Positions 1 through 7,457 of a stretch of DNA of 32,000 nt are shown one piece after another. Both the position numbers and the translations under genes were made by a program. Numbering within the stretch: the first letter of the stretch is position 1; each line of letters starts with the position of its first letter. Source of the stretch: Patescibacteria group bacterium (GTDB taxonomy: Bacteria; Patescibacteriota; Patescibacteriia; 2-01-FULL-39-33); contig JBAZMW010000001.1 in NCBI GenBank assembly GCA_041649575.1, positions 60,001 through 92,000 of the forward strand, given 5' to 3'. Below the pieces are notes generated by a model that saw only the letters and a program-made list of their open reading frames with translations, had not been told where the DNA came from and searched no databases.

Positions 1-1
1 C

Positions 2-331
2 ACTGCATTTTTTTCCAACCTGGTTTTGTCGCAATATCTGGCCAACTCGGAAAACGGCAACCGTTTGAATCAAGGAGAAAAGATGCTTCTGGGCAAATTG
101 TTGGTTTTGTATCGCAATTTAAAATTTTTTCCAGACAACCTGACTAATTTGCCCCGAAACCAATGGGAGATCATTCCCATTAGCCGCCATAAGTCCGAGC
201 CAATAGCTTCGGCTGGCGCTGCCGCTGGCGGCAGCAGAGCTGTGCCCCAAGAAGAGCCCTCTCCGGCTTGGCAGGGGCTGTCGGCGATAGAAAAGAAAGC
301 TTTAATGGAAGAGGAAAGTTCCAGAAAATAG
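2..331 (+). CDS. Hypothetical protein, C-terminal part; 5' end truncated by the window edge
   Basis: The frame is open from base 2 (TAFFSNLVLSQYLANSENG...) to the stop at 331. The track start at 26 is only an internal TTG. It lies just upstream of the T4SS-like block. Confidence 0.6.
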   Translation, partial: TAFFSNLVLSQYLANSENGNRLNQGEKMLLGKLLVLYRNLKFFPDNLTNLPRNQWEIIPISRHKSEPIASAGAAAGGSRAVPQEEPSPAWQGLSAIEKKALMEEESSRK

Positions 332-359
332 CCAAAAGAATCGGAGAAATAAAAATTTT

Positions 360-1829
360 ATGGATTCTAGTTTACAAAAATTCAATCAGTTGCCGGTTTT
401 CGTCAAAGAAAAATTGTCAGCGCTAGCCGTTTTGAAGGCGGTGGAAGAATTGGAAAAAAAATACCGGATAAAACTGGCTTTATCGCTTATAAAAATGGCG
501 GTGGGCGATTTGACCATAGCCGATTTTAGCAGTTATTTGACTAATGTTTCAAAACTAGAGGCCGGTTCGGTCAGAGAAATTAGCCAAAAATTCAAAGAAT
601 TTTTGGCTGAAGCGGGGTTAAGAGTCAGCGAAGTTGAAAGGGAAGCCGCTCTTGGCCGGCCAGCCAGGGAAGCAGTGTTTGCTTTTTCCACTGAGGACGA
701 ACATGAGGTTGATAATTTCAGACAATTGGCCGATAGCGGAGAAAAAATTCACGATCATGATTATTTGGCCGGCGTAGTTATATCGCGGTTTGGCTTTTTG
801 GAAACCGATGAAGTCATAAAAAAAAGATTGCATAATATCGTGACAGCCCGGTTAAGAGATATAAGAGACGATTTGGAAACCCTGGAGAGTCTGCAAAAAA
901 GTCGTAAAATCGGAGGTTTGGGTTTTACCGAGGAACAGAGCCGTCGCCTGCTGGGCTTGATAAAAAATGGCATAAGTGGCCAATGGCCGAAAAATTCGCC
1001 AAACGTCAAAGAGCCGGAGACTTCGGGGCGTGAACCCAGTGCTTCAGTGGCGGCTTCGTCAAAAGCGGAATTAGAAAAAAAAGTTTTGACTTTGCAAGAA
1101 AAGAAAAAGCAGGAAGAGACTTCGGTCGGTGCCGGAGACTATCCGAAGGTCAGAGATTCTTTGGCCGCCAAAGCGCTGGATTTATTGACGGATAAACGGC
1201 CAATCTCTCAAAGAGGGGGCAGGCCGCGAATTGAAGAAGAAGACGGATTGCCGGTGGTAGTTTTGCCGGAGGAAGAGGAATTAATGATTAAGCCGCTAGT
1301 GATTGATTTACAAAAAAAACCTCGAGGCAAGGTAGAAATTAAAGAGCCGCAGTTACCGCCAAAAGCGTCGGAAAATATCAAAGCTTTCAGACCGCTGGGG
1401 CCTCAACCCAGCCCCTTTGCCAGTCCGCGGCCGGTGGTTAAAAAGGTTTTTAAAACCAGTCTTAGCAGTCGGCCGAATTTGGACGATGTAAAATTTGCTC
1501 CCAAGTTGATGGGGCCGGTAGAAGAGCTGGAGAGCATGACTCTCATTGATTTTCGTCGTTTAGGCCAGGAGCCGAAAGAAATCGCTCGCAAAATCAAAGA
1601 AAAAATCGATTTGCTAGAAAACGAATCTTATAGCAAAAAACTTGAAGGAGTCGAGGCCTGGCAGAAAAACGAGGTCAACAGGTTTTATCGTCTTTTGGGT
1701 CAGGCCAGTCTGGCGGCGGGGCAGGGCATTGAAGAGATAATCAGCGAGCGGCTGGCCAGCGGCAAGCCGACTCTGACTGTCGAGGAATTCGAATCGGTGA
1801 TGGAGCTTAACAAAGATTTGCGTTTCTAA
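360..1829 (+). CDS. Hypothetical protein, 489 aa, with structured ends and a charged/proline-rich middle
   Basis: Long ORF in a tightly packed same-strand gene series with native-looking codon usage. No family recognised. Confidence 0.85.
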   Translation: MDSSLQKFNQLPVFVKEKLSALAVLKAVEELEKKYRIKLALSLIKMAVGDLTIADFSSYLTNVSKLEAGSVREISQKFKEFLAEAGLRVSEVEREAALGRPAREAVFAFSTEDEHEVDNFRQLADSGEKIHDHDYLAGVVISRFGFLETDEVIKKRLHNIVTARLRDIRDDLETLESLQKSRKIGGLGFTEEQSRRLLGLIKNGISGQWPKNSPNVKEPETSGREPSASVAASSKAELEKKVLTLQEKKKQEETSVGAGDYPKVRDSLAAKALDLLTDKRPISQRGGRPRIEEEDGLPVVVLPEEEELMIKPLVIDLQKKPRGKVEIKEPQLPPKASENIKAFRPLGPQPSPFASPRPVVKKVFKTSLSSRPNLDDVKFAPKLMGPVEELESMTLIDFRRLGQEPKEIARKIKEKIDLLENESYSKKLEGVEAWQKNEVNRFYRLLGQASLAAGQGIEEIISERLASGKPTLTVEEFESVMELNKDLRF

Positions 1830-1862
1830 TAATTAATTTTTTTGTTAAGATAAGTATAAGCC

Positions 1863-2309
1863 ATGGAACAAATAGTAGTACCACAATTTTTAGACGTCGA
1901 AGACAAGATTATCGGTCCGATAACCGTGCGTCAGTTTATCGAAATGATGATTGGCGGTTTGCTTTGCTTCATCTTTTATAAACTGTTTGATTTTTCACTT
2001 TTTGCTGTGGCTTCGCTCTTGGTGATTCTGGTCACTCTGGTCATCGCTTTTGTCAAAATAAACGGCCAACCCTTTCATTATTTTTTGTTGAATTTTTTTG
2101 GCACCGTCAAAAATCCCAAATTGAAAGTTTGGCGCAAAGACGTGACGCTGGCCGATATCAGGGCGCTAGAGGCCAAACAGCCGGTGACCAAGCCGCCAAC
2201 GGTGGCGGGAACAAGGCAGATACTCACCACTTCCAAAATATCGGAGCTGTCTTTGATTGTTGATACCGGCGGTGTCTATCGCGGCGAGGAAAAGCTAGCT
2301 ATTAAATAA
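1863..2309 (+). CDS. PrgI family protein (small two-TM T4SS-associated protein)
   Basis: N-terminus VPQFLDVEDKIIGPITVRQFIEMMIGG followed by two hydrophobic segments is typical of PrgI-family proteins. It sits directly upstream of VirB4-like genes. Confidence 0.8.
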   Translation: MEQIVVPQFLDVEDKIIGPITVRQFIEMMIGGLLCFIFYKLFDFSLFAVASLLVILVTLVIAFVKINGQPFHYFLLNFFGTVKNPKLKVWRKDVTLADIRALEAKQPVTKPPTVAGTRQILTTSKISELSLIVDTGGVYRGEEKLAIK

Positions 2310-2322
2310 TTTATTTAGTTTT

Positions 2323-3006
2323 ATGGCTTCAAGAGTAGCTAATAAAAAAACCCCAGCCACCCAAAGGCATCTACATATTGTAGAAGTCAGAGACGATTGC
2401 GTGGTAATGAAAGACGGCAGCTTAAGAGCCGTACTGCTGGTGTCGAGTATAAATTTTGCCCTGAAGTCAGAGGACGAGCAAAATGCCATCGTGGCCGGTT
2501 ATATGTCGTTTTTGAACTCTTTGGATTTTCCAATTCAGATGGTGGTGCAGTCCCGGCAACTTGATTTGGATGAATATCTGGCGGAAATAAAAAATGCCGA
2601 AGACAACCAGACCAATGAGCTGCTAAAGTTGCAAACAGCGGAATATCGCCAATATATCACGGAACTGGTTTCGCTGGGCGATATTATGACCAAAAGATTT
2701 TTTGTGATCATACCTTATGACCCTCTGTCCAACAAAAAACGGACTTTTTGGCAGAGAACGACCGACGTTTTGTCGCCAACCAGCATTATTAATTTGAAAG
2801 AGAAGCAATTTATCAAACGAAGAGAGGATTTGTTGTTGAGGATCGACAAGGTGATTTCCGGATTGTCCAGTATGGGACTAAGAGCGTCGCTATTAAATAC
2901 CCAGTCACTAATAGAGTTGTACTACAGCACCTACAATCCGACGATTTCCAGAAGCGAGAAAATGGTTGATACTAATAAATTAAGAATCGAAGAAAATTTT
3001 TTATAA
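2323..3006 (+). CDS. TraC/VirB4 N-terminal-like domain protein (separate ORF)
   Basis: 227 aa containing HLHIVEVRDDCVVMKDGSLRAVLLVSSINFALKSEDEQ, similar to the N-terminal domain of conjugation ATPases. No Walker motifs. Immediately upstream of the ATPase ORF. Confidence 0.7.
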   Translation: MASRVANKKTPATQRHLHIVEVRDDCVVMKDGSLRAVLLVSSINFALKSEDEQNAIVAGYMSFLNSLDFPIQMVVQSRQLDLDEYLAEIKNAEDNQTNELLKLQTAEYRQYITELVSLGDIMTKRFFVIIPYDPLSNKKRTFWQRTTDVLSPTSIINLKEKQFIKRREDLLLRIDKVISGLSSMGLRASLLNTQSLIELYYSTYNPTISRSEKMVDTNKLRIEENFL

Positions 3007-3009
3007 AAT

Positions 3010-4914
3010 ATGTTTGACCCGAAAGACTTAGACAAAAAAAACGATTTAATTACTCCAACTGTCGAACCGGAGATAAAATTAAGTGCGGAGCAGTTAAACC
3101 GGCAAGAAGCGCAGGAGCTGGGAAAAACCAAAGAAAGCCTGGAAGAAGAGATTGTCTATCGCCGCGGGGCGATGACCATTCGTGACTTGGTGGCGCCGGC
3201 GGCTTTGGAGGTGGAAAGCTCTTTTGTCAGATTGGGCGAATACTATGTCACGACGATTTTTGTCGTGCAGCTGCCGCGCTATATTAATGTTGGCTGGTTT
3301 GCGCCGGTGATAAACCTGGATATTACCGCCGATATGGCGCTGTATTTTTACCCGGTTAAATCAGCGGTTATTTTGAAGCAATTAAAAAAGAAAGTCGGTA
3401 ATGTCGAGGCGGGACTGATCGCCGACGCGGAAAAAGGCGCTCCGCGCGATCCTTTAAGGGAGACGGCTTTAAGGGATATGGAAAGACTGCGCGACGAACT
3501 GACCCAAGGCACGGAACATTTCTTTCAGACCGGCACTTATATAACAATTTACGCCAAGAGTTTGGAAGAGCTCGACAAAATCACGGAACGGGTGGAAAAC
3601 ATTTTTGGCTCAACCCTGGTTTTTTCCAAACGGGTTTTTTATCAAGCCGAACAGGGGTTCAACTCAACCATGCCTTTTGCTTTCGATGAATTGCAGGTTT
3701 TGGTAAATATCAACACTTCGCCGGCCGCCAGCTCTTTTCCTTTTGTTTCTTCGGATTTGACTTCCGATCGCGGCGTGCTTTTTGGCATTAATCGCCACAA
3801 CAATAGCTTGATTTTATTCGATCGGTTTTCTTTGCAGAATGCCAACATGGTGGTGTTTGCCACCTCTGGCGCTGGCAAATCCTACGCCATCAAGCTGGAG
3901 GTTTTGCGCAGTTTGATGTTTGGCACCGACATTATTATTATCGACCCGGAAAGAGAATACAGTCACTTATGCGATGCGGTGGGCGGGACTTATATTGACA
4001 TTTCTTTGAACTCGGAAAGCAAGATTAATCCTTTCGATTTGCCTCGGGCGATTGGCGAGGACGCGAGGCCAGCCGATATTATCAGGAGCGCAGTGATTAC
4101 GGTAAAAGGATTAATTAGATTAATGATCGGCGACATTGACACCGAGGAAGACTCCATCATTGACCGAGCGCTGCTGGAAACTTATGCCAAGAAAGACATC
4201 ACTCCCGATGTTGATTTGACACAAATTGAGCCGCCGATTTTGTCGGACTTACAGGAAGTTTTGGAAGGCATGGAGGGAGCGGAAAAAATCTCGATCCGGT
4301 TAAAGAAATATACGGAAGGCACTTTCGCCGGCTTGTTGAACAATCCAACCAACGTGGAAACCAATAATCAACTGGTGGTTTTCAGCGTCCGTGATTTGGA
4401 AGACGAATTAAAGCCCATGGCTATCTATACGATTATCAATTATATTTGGAATATCGTCAGAAGCCAGATGAAGAAAAGGATTATGATTGTCGACGAGGCC
4501 TGGTGGCTGATGCAGCGCGAGGATAGCGCCAAGTTTATTTTTGCTCTGGTAAAACGGTGCCGTAAATATTACCTGGGCGTGACCACCATTACCCAAGATG
4601 TTAACGATTTTTTGACTTCTCCTTACGGTCAGGCAATTGTCAATAATTGTTCGCTGCAGCTGTTAATGAAGCAGACGCCGGCAGCCATTAATTTGGTGCA
4701 AAAAACCTTCATGTTGACCGAAGGAGAAAAATATTTGCTTTTGGAGTGTGGCGTGGGCGAGGGTATATTTTTTGCCGGCGCCAAGCACGCTGCCATAAAA
4801 ACGGTCGCTTCCTATTCCGAAGATCAATTAATAACCTCTGATCCGCGCCAGCTGCTAGAAATCGAACAAGCCAAAAAGGAATTTGAGGAATCACTTGCTG
4901 CCGGGCAAGTCTAG
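3010..4914 (+). CDS. VirB4-like type IV secretion / conjugation ATPase
   Basis: Walker A ATSGAGKSYAIKLE, DPEREYSHL and Walker B RIMIVDEAWWLMQ, plus FALVKRCRKYYLGVTTITQDVNDFL and MLTEGEKYLLLECGVGEGIFFAG, which are typical VirB4/TraC/TrbE ATPase motifs. Confidence 0.9.
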   Translation: MFDPKDLDKKNDLITPTVEPEIKLSAEQLNRQEAQELGKTKESLEEEIVYRRGAMTIRDLVAPAALEVESSFVRLGEYYVTTIFVVQLPRYINVGWFAPVINLDITADMALYFYPVKSAVILKQLKKKVGNVEAGLIADAEKGAPRDPLRETALRDMERLRDELTQGTEHFFQTGTYITIYAKSLEELDKITERVENIFGSTLVFSKRVFYQAEQGFNSTMPFAFDELQVLVNINTSPAASSFPFVSSDLTSDRGVLFGINRHNNSLILFDRFSLQNANMVVFATSGAGKSYAIKLEVLRSLMFGTDIIIIDPEREYSHLCDAVGGTYIDISLNSESKINPFDLPRAIGEDARPADIIRSAVITVKGLIRLMIGDIDTEEDSIIDRALLETYAKKDITPDVDLTQIEPPILSDLQEVLEGMEGAEKISIRLKKYTEGTFAGLLNNPTNVETNNQLVVFSVRDLEDELKPMAIYTIINYIWNIVRSQMKKRIMIVDEAWWLMQREDSAKFIFALVKRCRKYYLGVTTITQDVNDFLTSPYGQAIVNNCSLQLLMKQTPAAINLVQKTFMLTEGEKYLLLECGVGEGIFFAGAKHAAIKTVASYSEDQLITSDPRQLLEIEQAKKEFEESLAAGQV

Positions 4915-4941
4915 CTTTTAACTTTTTAAATTAATAATTTT

Positions 4942-5511
4942 ATGGACAACAAAAGAAGAATAGTCATAGTCGTTTTGGCAATAGTAGTGTTGATAATTCT
5001 AGTGATAATCTGTTGGTGGATTTTGAAAAATAATTTTGGTCGCCAGGGCACAGTCAACTTGAATACCAATGTTAACAGGCCGTTGACCGAGAGAATCCAA
5101 CAATTGCCGCCGCCGACCGCCGAAGAAATAGCCGAGGAAAAAAAATACCCCCTAGGCATGAAGCAACTGGCCTATTCTTTTGCCGAAAGATTTGGTAGCT
5201 ATTCCAACTTGACAGTCAACAAAAATCTAAACGACTTGAGAGGTCTGATGACCGTTAAGATGCAAGCAGAAACCGATAAAGTGATTGACCAGACCTTTAC
5301 GGCGCCAGCCAGTTATGATGGTTATGATACCAGGGCCTTAGAGAGCGAACTTTTGTATCTAAAAGACAATGAAGCCAGTATTTTAATTAAAACGCAAAGA
5401 TCTCACTATTTAGAAAAGGAAAGTCAGCCAGAAGTTTATTATCAAAATTTACAGCTTAAAATGGTAAAAGTGGGCGAAGAATGGAAGATTGACGAGGCCA
5501 AGTGGCAGTAG
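4942..5511 (+). CDS. Membrane-anchored protein, possible NTF2-like/VirB8-like domain
   Basis: Single N-terminal TM (IVIVVLAIVVLIILVIICWWIL), then FAERFGSYSNLTVNKNLNDLRGLMTVKMQ...NLQLKMVKVGEEWKIDEAKWQ. This layout resembles VirB8/TcpC NTF2-like domains. The fold assignment is an inference. Confidence 0.6.
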   Translation: MDNKRRIVIVVLAIVVLIILVIICWWILKNNFGRQGTVNLNTNVNRPLTERIQQLPPPTAEEIAEEKKYPLGMKQLAYSFAERFGSYSNLTVNKNLNDLRGLMTVKMQAETDKVIDQTFTAPASYDGYDTRALESELLYLKDNEASILIKTQRSHYLEKESQPEVYYQNLQLKMVKVGEEWKIDEAKWQ

Positions 5512-5541
5512 GGAGCTCTTTTAAATTTAAGAAGAAATTTA

Positions 5542-6216
5542 ATGTTTGAAGATATTGGGCAGATAAAGGGTTGGCTGGAGGATTTGTTGTTTCCCAAGAG
5601 TTGTGTTAATTGCCGACAGGAGAAGAGCTGGCTTTGCGGTGAATGTACAAAATTATTAAAGGCCGTTGCGATGAATTTGGGCTCTCATGTTTTTGACAGC
5701 GGTAATCATTTAGAAAAATTATGGGCTTTGACCGATTATAACGATCTGCTGGCGCAAAAAGTGATTCAGGCCATTAAATATAATTTTATTAAAGAGTTGG
5801 TTTGTAGCTTCGACAGTCTGATTGTGGAAATGGAAAAGATAATACCCGCCTGGTCTAGGGAATTCGTTTTATTGCCGGTTCCTCTGCACCAGAAACGTCT
5901 CTCCTATCGAGGATTTAATCAAGCGGAATTAATCAGCGAGAGAATAAGCCGGCTACTAGGCAACCCTTTAGGCGACAAAATTTTAAAGAGAAAAATTTAT
6001 ACCAGGCCACAGGTTGGTCTAAGCCAAGCGAAGCGCCGGGAAAATATCAAAGGAAGTTTTTTATTGGATAATAAAGTCGAGTGGCGCTTCCCTAGAAATA
6101 ATGTGGTTTTGATTGACGATGTCTACACGACCGGAGCGACAATGGGGGAGTGTGCCGAAGTTTTACAAAAGGCAGGATTTACAAACATCAAAGGACTGGT
6201 AATAGCTCATGGTTGA
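5542..6216 (+). CDS. comF: ComF family phosphoribosyltransferase-like protein
   Basis: N-terminal zinc-finger-like CVNCRQEKSWLCGEC, YRGFNQAELISERISR, PRT motif NVVLIDDVYTTGATMGECAEVLQKAG. Confidence 0.88.
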   Translation: MFEDIGQIKGWLEDLLFPKSCVNCRQEKSWLCGECTKLLKAVAMNLGSHVFDSGNHLEKLWALTDYNDLLAQKVIQAIKYNFIKELVCSFDSLIVEMEKIIPAWSREFVLLPVPLHQKRLSYRGFNQAELISERISRLLGNPLGDKILKRKIYTRPQVGLSQAKRRENIKGSFLLDNKVEWRFPRNNVVLIDDVYTTGATMGECAEVLQKAGFTNIKGLVIAHG

Positions 6217-6390
6217 AGAGTTTGATATTTTTTGGGTAAATCAAAAAATTATTGTAAAGTTTATGAAATAAGACGTGGCAGTTGATTGGGTTTACAAATT
6301 TTCGTTTTTGTGTTAAAGTTTGGGGTAAAAGATAAGAAAAAGTAAAAAAAAGAGATGGCTGATTTTAAAATCGTCTGTTAGGACGAGTCT

Positions 6391-6482
6391 GGAGAGATGG
6401 CTGAGTGGCTGAAAGCGGCGGTTTGCTAAACCGTTATACGTCCTTTTCGGGCGTATCGAGGGTTCGAATCCCTCTCTCTCCG
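6391..6482 (+). tRNA. tRNA-Ser(GCT)
   Basis: Acceptor GGAGAGA pairs with TCTCTCC, anticodon loop TTGCTAA, long class II variable arm, T-loop GGTTCGAATCC. CCA not encoded. Confidence 0.95.
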
Positions 6483-6522
6483 TATCAGGAATTTAGCCAT
6501 AATTATGGCTAAATTCCTGATA
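6483..6522. repeat. 40-bp perfect palindrome
   Basis: TATCAGGAATTTAGCCATAATTATGGCTAAATTCCTGATA equals its own reverse complement. It starts one base after the tRNA-Ser discriminator. Confidence 0.95.
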
Positions 6523-6543
6523 AAGAAAGTGAAGGGATGAGAA

Positions 6544-6630
6544 GGGCAGTAATGAGCCAAGTCCCGACTTTAGTCGGGGCGCAGGCGAGATGCCGACAAT
6601 TCCGAGCTGGTGCAGGAATTGTCGCTGCCC
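6544..6630 (+). other. Candidate structured element (multi-branch junction)
   Basis: Outer GGGCAG (6544-6549) / CTGCCC (6625-6630) encloses hairpin CCCGAC-TTTA-GTCGGG (6563-6578) and the 9-bp stem GACAATTCC / GGAATTGTC (6595-6603 / 6615-6623). Confidence 0.4.
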
Positions 6631-6636
6631 AGGCCG

Positions 6637-6654
6637 CGAATCCCTCTCTCTCCG
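6637..6654 (+). repeat. Direct repeat of the tRNA-Ser(GCT) 3' end
   Basis: CGAATCCCTCTCTCTCCG is identical to 6465-6482 inside the tRNA, offset by 172 bp. Confidence 0.9.
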
Positions 6655-6692
6655 CCTTCGCCCGGCCAAAGCGGGCTTCGGCGGACAAGTCC
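6651..6692. repeat. GC-rich imperfect inverted repeat, possible dispersed palindromic element
   Basis: TCCGCCttcGCCCG / CGGGCttcGGCGGA gives 6 bp + 5 bp of stem around a 3-nt internal loop, followed by GGAC-AA-GTCC. Confidence 0.7.
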
Positions 6693-6719
6693 GCAAAAAG
6701 CACCTAATTTAAATCATAG

Positions 6720-6806
6720 GGAGAGGTGGCAGAGTGGTCTAATGCACCGGTCTTGAAAACCGGAGTCCCTTTACGGGGACCGTGGGTTCGAATCCCACCT
6801 TCTCCG
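6720..6806 (+). tRNA. tRNA-Ser(TGA)
   Basis: Acceptor GGAGAGG / CTTCTCC with one G-T wobble, anticodon stem-loop CCGGT-CTTGAAA-ACCGG, long variable arm, T-loop GGTTCGAATCC. Confidence 0.95.
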
Positions 6807-6836
6807 TTTGGCAATAAATTTATAAAATTAGAAAAT

Positions 6837-7349
6837 ATGCCAGAAACATCAGAAAAACAATTAAGCGAGGTGGTTTTTTCCTGGCGGCATCCGGAATATA
6901 TTAGGTATCGGAAAAATATTTGGTGGTATGTGATCTCTCTGATCGTTCTAATATTATTATCCATTTGGGCCATCGCCCAAGGCAATTGGTTTGGCGATCA
7001 GAACTATTTATTTGTAGTTTTTTTGGTTCTTTTTTATCTGGTGGTTTTAATTTACGAATTCCGTCAGCCGGAAGAAGTCGATTTTATTATCACTCCGGAT
7101 GGCGTCAAATCTGGCCGGCGTTTTTATTATTATAAAGACATTGACAATTTTTTTGTTATTTATCAGGAACAGGGCATAAAAAATTTATATTTAGATTTTG
7201 TCAATCCGCTCCGCGGCAGATTAGTAGTGCCGCTAGACGGCCAAGACGCAGTGGCAATCAGAGAATTTTTACTGGGTTTTTTAAAAGAGGATTTAGACAG
7301 AGAAGTCGAGCCCTTGTCGGAAAGATTTCGTCGCTGGTTGAAGTTGTAA
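6837..7349 (+). CDS. Two-TM membrane protein of unknown function (PH-like cytoplasmic part possible)
   Basis: The in-frame ATG at 6837 starts MPETSEKQLSEVVFSWRHPEYIRYRKN. It is preferred over the track start 6726, which lies inside tRNA-Ser(TGA). Two hydrophobic segments, then ITPDGVKSGRRFYYYKDIDNFFVIY. Confidence 0.75.
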   Translation: MPETSEKQLSEVVFSWRHPEYIRYRKNIWWYVISLIVLILLSIWAIAQGNWFGDQNYLFVVFLVLFYLVVLIYEFRQPEEVDFIITPDGVKSGRRFYYYKDIDNFFVIYQEQGIKNLYLDFVNPLRGRLVVPLDGQDAVAIREFLLGFLKEDLDREVEPLSERFRRWLKL

Positions 7350-7369
7350 TAATTTAGAAGTTAAAGTAT

Positions 7370-7443
7370 GTGCCCGTAGCTTAGCTGGATAAAGCGTCGG
7401 CTTGCGGAGCCGGAGATCAGAGGTTCAAATCCTCTCGGGCACG
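7370..7443 (+). tRNA. tRNA-Arg(GCG)
   Basis: Acceptor GTGCCCG / CGGGCAC perfectly paired, anticodon stem-loop TCGGC-TTGCGGA-GCCGG, T-arm AGAGG-TTCAAAT-CCTCT. Confidence 0.93.
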
Positions 7444-7457
7444 AAAGAGCATTAAGA

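Noticed and set aside
2323-4914. Possible frameshifted or stop-disrupted single virB4 pseudogene
   Set aside because: The ORFs are separated by a clean stop and a 3-bp gap, and both domains look intact. Kept as two genes, with conservation of the split to be tested.
6493-6703. Two short overlapping ORFs (6493..6696 and 6509..6703)
   Set aside because: They lie in the palindrome-rich inter-tRNA interval and are low-complexity Arg/Pro/Leu strings with no RBS support. They are best explained by the structured DNA.
6483-6719. Integrative element with an integrase at the tRNA-Ser site
   Set aside because: The interval is too short to encode a recombinase and none is visible in the window. Only the repeat signature is reported.
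6726-7349. ORF called from 6726
   Set aside because: Its first part reads through tRNA-Ser(TGA). The in-frame ATG at 6837 gives a sensible membrane protein start.
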